From contig BAAFSQ010000009.1 in NCBI GenBank assembly GCA_054661495.1, positions 55,145 through 87,144 of the forward strand: a stretch of 32,000 nt of DNA, given 5' to 3'. The position numbers and the translations under genes were made by a program. The stretch's first letter is position 1, and the number at the start of each line of letters is the position of its first letter. Source of the DNA: Zygophlyctis sp. KS116 (lineage: Eukaryota > Fungi > Chytridiomycota). The notes under the pieces are model-generated. The model was given only the letters and a program-made list of their open reading frames with translations, was not told the origin of the DNA and ran no database searches. This document shows positions 12,771-23,960 of the stretch, piece after piece.

Positions 12771-15100
12771 TTATTGGAAATTCGACTTGAACTTTTTCAT
12801 CTCTACAATTACAGACTGTAAACTGATTGGAAATACTTTTGGTTTGATAGATCCATCAAATCTCTTTTCCCATAATGCATTAAAACGACGATAGAATTGT
12901 ACAAGTTCTGTCAATGCCGTCTGAAGAATACGCGATCCTGTTTGGAAATTAGGAAATGACTGCATAATGGTTGAATTTATAGTTGCTAGAGAAGGTTTCC
13001 ATGAAGTATTAAAATCACTTGCGATTTTTTCAAAGCGTTCAAAGAATTAGATTAGGAAAATTACCTGGATCAAGAGATGTCGCTTTAGGATCTGCTTCAG
13101 TACGAAGTACAAAATTCATTAATAGACCAAAGTAAGGGGCAAGTTCAGCTTCAACAAGGGTAGAAATGTATTTGTTGGTGATTTCATTAAAATGTTCCTT
13201 TTCTTCAGAGTAACAAGAGCTGGTATGTTCCTATTGAAAAATTAAATATTTGAAAAACTTACAGCCATAAGAGAGACTATCAAATCATAATTGTTTATCA
13301 AAAATATAGTTTTAAGTTTTGAATCTGGGAATTCATGAGATAGCCGGTTCATTAGGTTCTCATATTCAGATCTTAAACGAACAAAACTAGAAGTTAAAGT
13401 CGCATCTTCATAGCCTTGATTAAGTGTAAGTAATGAGACTGAAAGTTCAGAATATCTTCTGGTAATATAATGAGGTCGGACGTCTTTTTGTTGAAGTAGT
13501 CGTGATGGGATTGCTCCTCGCAAACTTTCAATATGTAGATCCATGATTTGTTGTAATTTGGGCCATAAAAGCATATTAGTAGAGTTGAGACAATTATCAA
13601 GACAGGGAATCCTACGCTTTTGCATAACTCTTAAATTTTGAGAATTTAGTCTAATGCACAACAAAACGCCAATAGCATCATATGAATTATCAATAAACTG
13701 TCGAATTAAAGTCTAAAAATTTAATATAGAATTAATACCTGGACTAGCTTAACAGTGCCATCAAAAATTTCATTATATGCACCACCAACAGTTTCATTAA
13801 ATTTTTTAGAATGATTATTTACAAAAAATTCAGAGGTAAATAGATATTCGGAAGATGCATTATCCATCAAGATTCTGCAGATACTTTTAAAGATTGCTTC
13901 AAAAGGAAGTTTCTTAACATTCAAAAAAGAAAAATTACCATATTTTTATCCTCCACAACTTGTGGTATAATTATACCAGGATCTGAATCTGTCAATATTT
14001 GAAAACGATCTCCTAAAGTGAAAACGCTGGTCTTGTCTTTAATATTAGACTTTGAGAATAATGAATCTGTAAATTAGTAAACAGATACAATACTTTTTCT
14101 TAGCCCTTCCTCGCAACCAATTAAATCCAATCTATCAGCAATAGTCATCTGTAAGATTAGACTTGAATTTGATTACCTGCAATTTTAATAAGCCTTTGAT
14201 ATATCTCTCAAATAATGTCTGGTAGTAATTACTAGTTAAACTGATATAATTCTGTCTGACTTCTATAGCTGCTTCCGCGTACCTCTCTGTCAGAAACGAG
14301 TATAAGTCCTTGTATTTGAGAAAAACATTTGCCTGTAAAACACCGATATTTGTATTAGTTGACTTGATTGCATCCATTTTCTTGACTAAGAAATCTCTAC
14401 ATTTTTCGGACGCCTTGAAATTAAAATCACAAGGTACCTTGCATCTTAGCCTTTCCAATTGTGGTCCAATTTCTTTTAGAGCATTAATATTTCTTGATTT
14501 GTTTGCCTTAACAAAACTCATCTTTTTGTTGAGTTCTTTCAAATCCTGTAAGAAAAATTCATTCACTTCGCCCTGAAAGATCTTTGTAACAATTTCAGGC
14601 CCAATCACCAGCCCATCAAGTGTATCGTTTAATTTTGATTGCATATCTTGTCTATTATGCAATTTCACATTTAGCGATGAACTTTTTTCTTGTAAAACTT
14701 GAATTTCATTTGAAATATTTTCCAGTGTATTTTGATATCCAGATAACATTTCAGCCATTTTTGTCAATACATCATCGCAGGAAACAATCTGATCATTTAA
14801 ATCAATCAACTGCTTTGCATTCGAAGATAAAGAAAATATCAAATCTTGCTCTGTTTCATGCAATTCCGATCTGATTTTTTTGGAATATTCTTGTAAATCC
14901 ACGTCCTAAATTTAATAATGGCTAGATTACGACCAATGCCTCCTTTATATATTCTTCAGAAACCTGATTCATTTTGTCTAAAAATTAGAAATCCTATTGC
15001 ATTCACCATCATCCTCAATGTAGCTATCATCGGCTTGGTCGCCGTGACTATAATTATGGTCTAAATAGAGACTTTTAATGAAATTCTGCTCAATTTCCAT
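12771..15100 (-). CDS. VPS52: GARP/EARP complex subunit Vps52
   Basis: DLQEYSKKI, LMDNASSEYLF, YDAIGVLLCIRL, RPHYITRRYSE, IFLINNYDLI, SFPNFQTG. Nine introns of 24-32 nt, one in-frame (14414-14437) and one apparently GT-TG (13040-13064). Confidence 0.93.
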
Positions 15101-15165
15101 CAAAACGCGAAAACGGCAAAAAAACGCGCAAAACGGCGCATAATCGGCGCATAAACGAATACGAA
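15101..15165. promoter_or_regulatory. 65-nt divergent promoter (VPS52/CCDC61) made of repeated AAAACG(C/G)(G/C) units, including MCB/SCB/E2F-like ACGCGAAAA
   Basis: caaaacgcgaaaacggcaaaaaaacgcgcaaaacggcgcataatcggcgcataaacgaatacgaa fills the whole space between the two ATGs and is very CpG-rich relative to its surroundings. Confidence 0.6.
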
Positions 15166-16635
15166 ATGGTGAATATACAAAAGACTGTTGATATACAATT
15201 CAAAGAAACTGTATATCAATTGTCAATTAATGCTGTGTCTGCAGCTAGTCAAGAATATCTATTAATAAATCTTAAAAAATCCGACTCTTCTGATGAATGG
15301 ATTGGAAAGCATTCAAAGGAATACATCCAGGAACTCACAAAGAAAACTGGGAATTTCAAAAAGTTTGGAGTATTTGTTGAAATGCTATTATCAACATTGG
15401 AAAATGTAATTCTATGATATTTACTGTAAGGAAGGCGGTCCAGTCATGCTTGATTTGCTTACATCTCAAGACCTCAAATCTCTTAAAACATCTCGTTCTC
15501 AAAGTAGCAATGATAAAGTTTATCTTGTATTGACTTATGCAGTTGCATTCGATAGGTAAACTCTTTAAACTAAATATATAGGGTGCATTATCCAATCCCA
15601 CTCTTGAAGCAGGATAATCATACTATCCCCAGTTCTTTTATTCACAATAATATTGTTAATCATGCAGATGATTATAATGAAAATCCACAGGAAAATATAT
15701 CAACACTAAAAGAATCAATGACAAGACAGGCATTAAAATTGGCAAGAGTATGTCATTCAAGTCTAAACTATAGATTCTTAAAGAAAATGAAATGATGAGA
15801 GAGGAAATTCAAATTCTGAAAATGCAAAATAATAGGCCAAAACCATCAGAAAAGTATATTTATACTCCTTCATTAACTAAAGTAATCACAAAATTCAGAG
15901 ACAGTTGGATTCAGAAATTAGGTTAATTGAAAGAAATGTAAATACCGATTATTAAATAGAAAGGGAGGTAGTAATATGGTCTTGTCAAGTATAACGAGGT
16001 TAAAATCGTTAGTTCAGCAATTGTATCAGGTAAGGTTGCCCATTCCAACTTTCAAGAATCTAGGAATTAAATCAAGATCTTCTTCAGTGAATTCACTCAA
16101 CGGCTATTCTCCACGAGATAAAAATACTAGTAATGTATATTCAGAAGACAAGAAGCAATACAAGGTCATTAAATCACAACCATTGCAAAATCCAAATACC
16201 AAGAGTTATTCAAGCTCTTATTCTTACAAAAAAGAACCCCGTAATGCAAGATCTAATTCTGGATCTAGAGAAAGAAGCAGGATGTCAAAGCCCTTTAAGC
16301 GTTTTGATCCAACAGAGTAATACTTTTAATTTAATTTTCTAGATACATTCGTAGTCGTGAACAAAGCTTGGACGCCAAAAGAAGAAACAGCAGGTATCTT
16401 TAAATTCATTAATTAAAGTGTTTCTGGACCCTCTAGACACTCATCACCTTGTATTAGGAATAGTAGAGATTGTCTAAATGGTCCTCTACCAAGATCTAAA
16501 TCTCAAAAATCCAAACACATTTCTTCTCAACCAAAAAAGAAGGAATTTTCATCCCTGGAATTCCTAAAAGAAAATAATTCAATTGACTCTAGACTTGAAG
16601 AAATTCACAGAATCTTAAAGTCTACACTTTCTTAA
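15166..16635 (+). CDS. CCDC61: Centriolar protein CCDC61/VFL3
   Basis: IQELTKKTGNFKKFGVFVEML. Splicing restores LTYAVAFDRVHYPIPL and RFDPTEYIR. C-terminal IDSRLEEIHRIL. Eight introns of 25-29 nt; stop TAA 16633-16635. Confidence 0.92.
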
Positions 16636-16658
16636 AAAAGATAAATTGTATTTTTAAC

Positions 16659-17405
16659 CTAGGATATATTTGCTAAATAATCCTTTATTTCCAATTTTGA
16701 CAATCTTTTAAATTTCCCAACTTTAAAAGAATTTCCTTGTTTATCCACAACATCATCCAAAGTAGCAATACCAATTTCCAAACTAGATTCTGACAATTGT
16801 CCTTCCAAACCTTCTTTTAGAGTCAAAATAGCAGTATGAACAGCATCCTCAATTTCCATTGCAGGTGTAAATCTTTTTTCTAAAAATGTTTTTGCATTAA
16901 TCATATTTTTCCCAATTGCAGTTGCTTTCCAAGCAAAAAACGAACCTGAAGGATCTACTTGATACAATGAAGGACCAGCTGATTCATCATACCCAGCAAT
17001 TAATAAAGAAACACCAAAAGGTCTTACACCACCAGATTGAGTATATTCCTGCATAATCCCAGCAATTTCCTTTACAAGTGTTAATACAGATGGATCCGTA
17101 GCATAAATTCTCTTATACTCTTGCACCAATTTCCTAGCCTTATCTACCAATACTCTAGCGTCTGGACCCATACCAGAATAAACCATTCCTATAGAGTCAC
17201 AAATTGGATATATTTTAGTCAGAGATTCTTCTTCCACGAGAACAGTTGGAATTTTCTTTTCCGTTGCAATTACAATTCCATTCGTTGCCTTGATTCCAAC
17301 AGAAGTTATTCCTTGTGCAACAGCGGTCAGCGCATGTTCAATCTGAACCAGTTTCCCTGAAGGAGAAAATGTTGTCAGTGAAAATGAATAGCGACCTTCA
17401 GACAT
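16659..17405 (-). CDS. PRE8: 20S proteasome subunit alpha-2 (PSMA2)
   Basis: [36 protein letters not shown]; intronless 248-aa ORF. Confidence 0.97.
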   Translation of the reverse strand: MSEGRYSFSLTTFSPSGKLVQIEHALTAVAQGITSVGIKATNGIVIATEKKIPTVLVEEESLTKIYPICDSIGMVYSGMGPDARVLVDKARKLVQEYKRIYATDPSVLTLVKEIAGIMQEYTQSGGVRPFGVSLLIAGYDESAGPSLYQVDPSGSFFAWKATAIGKNMINAKTFLEKRFTPAMEIEDAVHTAILTLKEGLEGQLSESSLEIGIATLDDVVDKQGNSFKVGKFKRLSKLEIKDYLANIS

Positions 17406-17437
17406 TTTTCTTTACGGCCCTAGTCAGCAACGTAAAA
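17406..17437. promoter_or_regulatory. 32-nt spacer between divergent start codons (PRE8/mL54), presumed bidirectional promoter core
   Basis: ATG of PRE8 at 17405 (minus) and ATG of mL54 at 17438 (plus). Confidence 0.55.
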
Positions 17438-17695
17438 ATGCTCTCAGTAAAGCGATTTCAGAGCTCTGTTCCAAAGGGTACAGTTTTAAAAGGGCTCAAT
17501 GTATTAAAACAAGGATCAGATCCAATCGTAAAGGCTGATGATGAATATCCTGAATGGCTCTGGAAATTATTAAATCCAAAGAAAAAGATGGAATCGTTTA
17601 CTCAAGAAGATAAATTGTCTTGGACTTTTCAAAGGTTACAGTCTAAAGAAGTTATTAAAAGGAATGCATTGTTATCAAAAACTAGAACTGGTTAA
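17438..17695 (+). CDS. MRPL54: Mitochondrial ribosomal protein mL54 (yeast MRPL37)
   Basis: GTVLKGLNVLKQGSDPIVKADDEYPEWLWKLL signature; short presequence-like start MLSVKRFQSS. Confidence 0.9.
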   Translation: MLSVKRFQSSVPKGTVLKGLNVLKQGSDPIVKADDEYPEWLWKLLNPKKKMESFTQEDKLSWTFQRLQSKEVIKRNALLSKTRTG

Positions 17696-19158
17696 AAGTT
17701 GAACTAATTTCTTTCCAACTTCTCCATCAAACATTGGGTCATCAATAGATTCCATCAAATGGCTACATGATGGATATTTTTTTACAATTCTTGATGCTCT
17801 TTCAAGGCTCATGCCTTTAATCACGAGTAATTGTCGGGTCCATAAATCACTGAGTGTCATTCCCTTGGATTTTGAATTTAATCTACTAAAACATTCCCAT
17901 GTTTGGAGATTAGTTCCCTTTATAAATTCAGTAGAGTCTGATCGGTTCAAGTAGGTAATGGCATTTAAATCTTGGTCTTTATAGATGTTGGAGATTATTC
18001 TTGTGAGATTTGCCAAATAATTTACTACACCAAGAATACTATCTACTCTTTTTACAAAAAATCCATCCCGGACTTGAATAGAGACTATACAAGTTTGTAT
18101 TTTAGACCAGCCAAAATTGATGGCTTCTTGTAAATGCGTCTCTTCAATTAAATATATAATGTTTCGGATTCCTGAATTTCTTTGTCGAAACTTTGATTAA
18201 AGAGTTTAATGATTTACCTTTTGTTCTTTAAATCTTCCATCTTTAATAGAAGAGACTAAATCACTCATAGTTTTTCTTTCAACAAGGTAATCTAATACTA
18301 TTTCAGTTCCACTGATATCATCTCTGGCTATCCATAACATATCTCCTAAATCTAAAGATCGAAGCATTAATTTAATACCAAGCTTTTGTAATTCATCTGA
18401 GAGATAAGATCTATCATTTCTTCCTCTGATTTCACGATTGTCTAGAATCAGATAAATAGTAAATGATCCCTTTAATAGTGATATTTCAAGATTAATAGGT
18501 TGTTTAGTCTTGGTGGGTTCATTAATAGCATTAGTTTCACTAATAGTGGGTTGTGAAACATCAGTCTGATTAGCTAGTTTCTCTGCTAATTCATGACCAA
18601 TATCAGTTAAAGAATACTTATTTCCCTTCTTTTCGACTAGTTCTTTTTGTATCAAAACTTTAATAGAATTCCATGCAGTATATGAATATTGTGTCCGATT
18701 AGACTCTGGAATAGTAAACGATGAATCGCAATAGCTTTGACCGTATTTTATAATTTCACTCTTGCTCATTGATTCTTGTCCTTCAACTATTGCTAAAAGG
18801 ATAGCATAGGCTCCTGATCGATAGGTTGGAACATACTGCTTCTGCTTTTTTGTTGGTTTTAACGTTTGCTGCTCTAATTGCACAATTGGTTCTTCACTGG
18901 GCGCTGGTAAAAGTCCGGCCTCTTGCATCTTATTCTCAAACCGTTGGACTAGTGTTTTTCCAATATATGGAACTGCCATTGCGTCTTGTGCACAGCTAAG
19001 CTCACCTGTCCATGATGAGAGAGAATTGAATGCCTTCTTATAACTTGTAATTATGTACACAATGCTCACATAAAAAACTTCTTTTGGGAATTGGGATGGG
19101 AGCCAGAAGCAGCTTCCATCATCCATTCATTCATCCATTTAAGGAATATCTCCTTCAT
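17675..19158 (-). CDS. MUS81: Crossover junction endonuclease Mus81
   Basis: N-terminal FLKWMNEW...YKKAFNSL (after a 26-nt intron), winged-helix YVPTYRSGAYAILL, ERCC4 motifs LILDNRE, LGDMLW, ERKTMSDLVSSIKDGRFKEQK|FR (27-nt intron), C-terminal HhH QLLVIKGMSLERA. Confidence 0.95.
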
Positions 19159-19185
19159 GATATTAAACACGAAAAATGTTATTTA

Positions 19186-20322
19186 TTATTTGATCATTCG
19201 TGATTTAAAGTACTCAATTGTTTCTTCCAGACCTTGGTCTATTGGGAATTGAGGTTTCCATTTAATATATTTCTCTGCAGTGGATATATCAGGACGCCGT
19301 TGTTGAGGATCATCCGTAAGTGCAGGTAGATAAGTTATTTCAGATTTTGAATTCACTTTTGATCGGATCAACTGCGCAAAATCTTTTATACTGTATTCAA
19401 AAGGGGTTCCAATATTAACTGGAAGAGTATATTCTGATTCCATAAGCTGAATTAAACCATCTACCAAATCGTGAACATACTGGAAAGAACGAGTTTGAGA
19501 GCCTGTCCCATAGATTGTAATATCTTCTTCTTTGAGAGCCTGAATAATAAAATTGCTCACAACTCGTCCATCTTCCTCATTCATTCGAGGCCCATAGGTA
19601 TTAAAGATTCTAGCCACACGTACATCCACTCCTTCTTGGGCATATGCATAAGTGAGTGTTTCGCCTACTCTTTTGGCCTCGTCATAACAAGCTCTAGGAC
19701 CAATCTACCATTAAAACAATCTATTTACAGGATTAACATGTCCCCAATACTCTTCTGGCTGCGGATGAACTTGAGGATCACCATAAATTTCTATTAATTA
19801 GCTCAAGAAAGTACCAGAAGTAGATGTAAAGAGAATTCTCGCCTTTGTTCTCTTGGCTAATCCGAGCATATTCCATGATCCAAGGAACGACGTTTTAATA
19901 GTTTTAATTGGATTGTACTGATAATGCGGCGGCGATGCAGGGCTGGCCAAATTATAGATTCTATCCACCTCCATCATGTAAGGCTCAATAATATCATGTC
20001 GTACAAAGTCAAAATTAGGGTGTCCAATCCAATGCTGAATATTTCGTTTGAACCCAGTAAACAAAGAATCCATGACTGTAACCTGATGCCCCATCAGCAT
20101 CAACCGGTCAACCAAATGAGACCCTACAAATCCAGCACCGCCAGTGACCAAGACCCGTTTTTGCTTTGAAGAGTCAAGATATTTAACTGCAGGAAAGGTC
20201 GATTTAGACGTAAACACGATAGAATTATCTTCTACACAATTTGGGCGAATATATAAGGATTTTAGAGTTTCGAGCGAAACATTTGTACCGTATTCTTCTT
20301 TGCCAACAAACTGGACAGTCAT
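19186..20322 (-). CDS. UXS1: UDP-glucuronic acid decarboxylase (UDP-xylose synthase), copy A
   Basis: [30 protein letters not shown]|EIYGDP, YWGHVNP|[32 protein letters not shown]. Two 24-nt introns. Confidence 0.95.
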
Positions 20323-21529
20323 TTTTCTTATTCAAGATGCTGACGTCACGCATCTCGCGTAGAAATAGCCGGTTCTATTTTCCCAGCCCCGAGTGTTCCT
20401 GTTATCTATGGAGAGATTCAAAGCAAACATAAATTTACCCTCATCAATCACATTTCTTGGTAGGTTGGCGTTCACAGCCAGCCTGAAAAGAATCGGACAA
20501 AATCAAAGCCATCAAAGCATTTATTTGATCATTCGTGATTTAAAGTATTCTATTGTTTCTTCCAGTCCTTGGTCTATTGGGAATTGAGGTTTCCATTTAA
20601 TATATTTCTCTGCAGTGGATATATCAGGACGCCGTTGTTGAGGATCATCCGTAAGTGCAGGTAGATAAGTTATTTCAGATTTTGAATTCACTTTTGATCG
20701 GATCAACTGCGCAAAATCTTTTATACTGTATTCAAAAGGGGTTCCAATATTAACTGGAAGAGTATATTCTGATTCCATAAGCTGAATTAAACCATCTACC
20801 AAATCGTGAACATACTGGAAAGAACGAGTTTGAGAGCCTGTCCCATAGATTGTAATATCTTCTTCTTTGAGAGCCTGAATAATAAAATTGCTCACAACTC
20901 GTCCATCTTCCTCATTCATTCGAGGCCCATAGGTATTAAAGATTCTAGCCACACGTACATCCACTCCTTCTTGGGCATATGCATAAGTGAGTGTTTCGCC
21001 TACTCTTTTGGCCTCGTCATAACAAGCTCTAGGACCAATCTACCATTAAAACAATCTATTTACAGGATTAACATGTCCCCAATACTCTTCTGGCTGCGGA
21101 TGAACTTGAGGATCACCATAAATTTCTATTAATTAGCTCAAGAAAGTACCAGAAGTAGATGTAAAGAGAATTCTCGCCTTTGTTCTCTTGGCTAATCCGA
21201 GCATATTCCATGATCCAAGGAACGACGTTTTAATAGTTTTAATTGGATTGTACTGATAATGCGGCGGCGATGCAGGGCTGGCCAAATTATAGATTCTATC
21301 CACCTCCATCATGTAAGGCTCAATAATATCATGTCGTACAAAGTCAAAATTAGGGTGTCCAATCCAATGCTGAATATTTCGTTTGAACCCAGTAAACAAA
21401 GAATCCATGACTGTAACCTGATGCCCCATCAGCATCAACCGGTCAACCAAATGAGACCCTACAAATCCAGCACCGCCAGTGACCAAGACCCGTTTTTGCT
21501 TTGAAGAGTCAAGATATTTAACTGCAGGA
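19186..21529. repeat. Direct tandem duplication of ~1009 nt (19186-20194 vs 20521-21529, offset 1335)
   Basis: By eye only three mismatches (19213/20548, 19216/20551, 19231/20566), all synonymous. Confidence 0.95.
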
Positions 21530-21660
21530 TATGAAGTGTTGCAATCCACAACAATCTTACCATTCTCTAGATTTGGCGATCGTAAATAAAGAGATCTTAA
21601 AGTATCAAGCGGTATTTTTGTTTCAAAATCATCATTTCCAACAAATCGCACAGTGCTCAT
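20521..21660 (-). CDS. UXS1: UDP-glucuronic acid decarboxylase (UDP-xylose synthase), copy B
   Basis: Same catalytic sequence as copy A. Start chosen at ATG 21660 (MSTVRFVG) by alignment with copy A (MTVQFVG); an upstream in-frame ATG exists at 21702. Confidence 0.93.
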
Positions 21661-21873
21661 TGTACTGTGATTTTGACTGCAACCTAAGCTCCATTTTACC
21701 ATTCTCTAGGTCTAGATCAGTGGTTCGGACGAATATCTGAAAGGGAAAATTGATTAGATTACGATTTGCATTCATTTCAATTTTGATCATTACATAATCC
21801 CATCGCGACATGGAACAATGTCCCAATTGTATATTTTCGCAGCAGCAGCTTCAGGAATACACCCGTAAGTAGT

Positions 21874-22818
21874 ATGCCATCTAAAAGAATAGAACAGCTT
21901 CTTGAAAAATCCACAGAACTAGCACAGGTGAATGCAAAAAACAGGCAACTTTATGAAACTTTGATATCTCATCAGGCGTTTTTAGAATCTTTTTCAGATA
22001 AAATGGCAGTCTTTGGGAATTTGAATACTTACAAAAATGAATTAGAAGATGAGAAATCTAAAAATGCGCAACTTGTGTCCGAATTAGAGGAACAGCGCTC
22101 AAAGAATGATGAAGAGAGACTAGAAATTAAATGTTTACATTCACAAATATATGATTTACAGGAAAAGTTTAGAGGAGTTACTGTACAACTAGAAGCAGAA
22201 AAGCAGGACAAGAATGCTCTGGGAAAAGAGTATGATCAGTTGATTCAGAAACATGATACGCTTCAGTCTCAAATGGAAGATATGGAATACGATGTAAGGT
22301 CATGTAGAGACAAACTTTCTTATGTGTCTGATCTTAAGAATCAGTTGCAAGATTCAAACAAGTTTGTTCAAGATTTGCAAGAAGAGAATATTATTTTAAG
22401 AAAGAAAATTGATAAAAACTCAATCATACAGACTATTCAAAATCAAACTGTAGAAAATCAGTCATCATTAAGGATTCAAGATATTCAACAATCTCATAAT
22501 TTCTATGATGATCCAGAAAAACCAATCCCAGTTTCTAATTCTCCTCAAAAATTGGAATTTAACTCTCAAGGCCTCAATGCTCGAGTTGTAAGGGATGGAC
22601 CTGCAGGAGTAACCCCGAGAAAATATACCAGCACGCCTAAAAACCCAATCCTTCGAATGAATACCAGTAGAGCCCATGACTCAATTCATTCATGGATTGA
22701 AATGGAAGAAGCACATATAAACTCTGAAGCTCCAACTTTTTTACTGGAGGAAGCAGAAAAAGCAAAGTTGACGCTAGCAGAATTTACCAATTATATACAC
22801 GATCTAGAGATTTCATAA
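21874..22818 (+). CDS. Uncharacterised coiled-coil protein (314 aa)
   Basis: Long uninterrupted ORF, E/Q/K/L-rich heptads over roughly residues 5-190, low-complexity tail. Family not recognised. Confidence 0.75.
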   Translation: MPSKRIEQLLEKSTELAQVNAKNRQLYETLISHQAFLESFSDKMAVFGNLNTYKNELEDEKSKNAQLVSELEEQRSKNDEERLEIKCLHSQIYDLQEKFRGVTVQLEAEKQDKNALGKEYDQLIQKHDTLQSQMEDMEYDVRSCRDKLSYVSDLKNQLQDSNKFVQDLQEENIILRKKIDKNSIIQTIQNQTVENQSSLRIQDIQQSHNFYDDPEKPIPVSNSPQKLEFNSQGLNARVVRDGPAGVTPRKYTSTPKNPILRMNTSRAHDSIHSWIEMEEAHINSEAPTFLLEEAEKAKLTLAEFTNYIHDLEIS

Positions 22819-22830
22819 TATAAGTTTATT

Positions 22831-23892
22831 TCAGTTCATTAATGAGCGAGCCCAAGAGATTAAATCGACATTTACAGATTGTGAAATTATGATAAAGGGA
22901 TCAGAGAGAAGCTGAAGAGGAGTAGGACGTTCATCATGATTTTTGATCAGACTTTTAAATGTTAAAATTAATTAAAACTTACCATTTAGCAACAAAATAA
23001 TCAAATTCTGGAGAAAACTGCCCAGGAGGAGGAACTGGAATAGATTCTTTAACTATAAACTCCAATAGCTCAAAAACAGAGAATTGTCTTTCACCAGAAG
23101 GAAAAGGAAAAGTTCCAGTAACTAATTCTACAACCGTAAGCCCTAAAGACCAAACATCACATTGTACAGAATATTGAAGCCCTTGAATTCTTTCTGGAGA
23201 CATATACGCACTAGTCCCAACAAAAGTATTTGCAAGAGAATTCAATAATTCCCCACTAACACCAAAATCCGCAATTTTAATTTCCCCATTTTCATTAATT
23301 AGAATATTACTTGGTTTTACATCTTTTATTAATCCTAATTTCTCTTACCTCGATGAATTATACGATGACAATCAAACAAATAGACTAACCCAGAAAGTAC
23401 AGCATAAGAAATCTTTCCTACAATTTCAATTGGTAAATTTCCAAATCTTTTAAGAATCCCATCTAGTGATCCAGCCTGCATGTACTCCATACACACTGAA
23501 ATATCACTTCCATCCAAAAACGCTCCATAATAACCAACAATAAATGGAGAATTACAGTCATGTAAAATCTGTAATTCTCTTAAAATCTGTTTTTGCACTG
23601 ATGCTTTCGCATCAACATGAATAGTCTAGTATAAAAATCAAAACTATATTACTTTTAACGCCATGAACGCTCCATCCTTGTGTCTTACTTTAAATACAGT
23701 TCCTCCGTTTCCTGCACCCAATTCCTGAATAACTTGCAAATCCTTCAAGTCTAGTCCCAGCTTCAAGTCTTTTGGAAGATTAAGCTCTGACGCTGGCTGA
23801 GAAATAGTATCACCAGTTGGAATTATACGTTCAGAGTCTGGAAGGTCCGTAAGACTGATTTTTGTGACTAATCCTTTTGGTCGCCTTTTCAT
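22831..23892 (-). CDS. MAP kinase kinase, Ste7/Byr1/MEK1 family
   Basis: Docking-like start MKRRPKGL, ELGAGNGGTV, KQILRELQILHDCNSPFIVGYYGAF, HR|DVKPSN, DFGVSGELLNSLANTFVGTSAYMSPERI. Introns of 27, 26 and 31 nt; stop TGA 22831-22833. Confidence 0.93.
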
Positions 23893-23960
23893 TAAGAAAT
23901 GCCCTTTCTTCAGCCACTTTTCCCGATCTTTATAAACGCAAACAAATTTATTCAAAGATT

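Noticed and set aside
17315-17437. N-terminal extension of mL54 in the ORF track
   Set aside because: Begins at GTG inside the antisense PRE8 CDS; ATG 17438 gives a normal presequence-like start.
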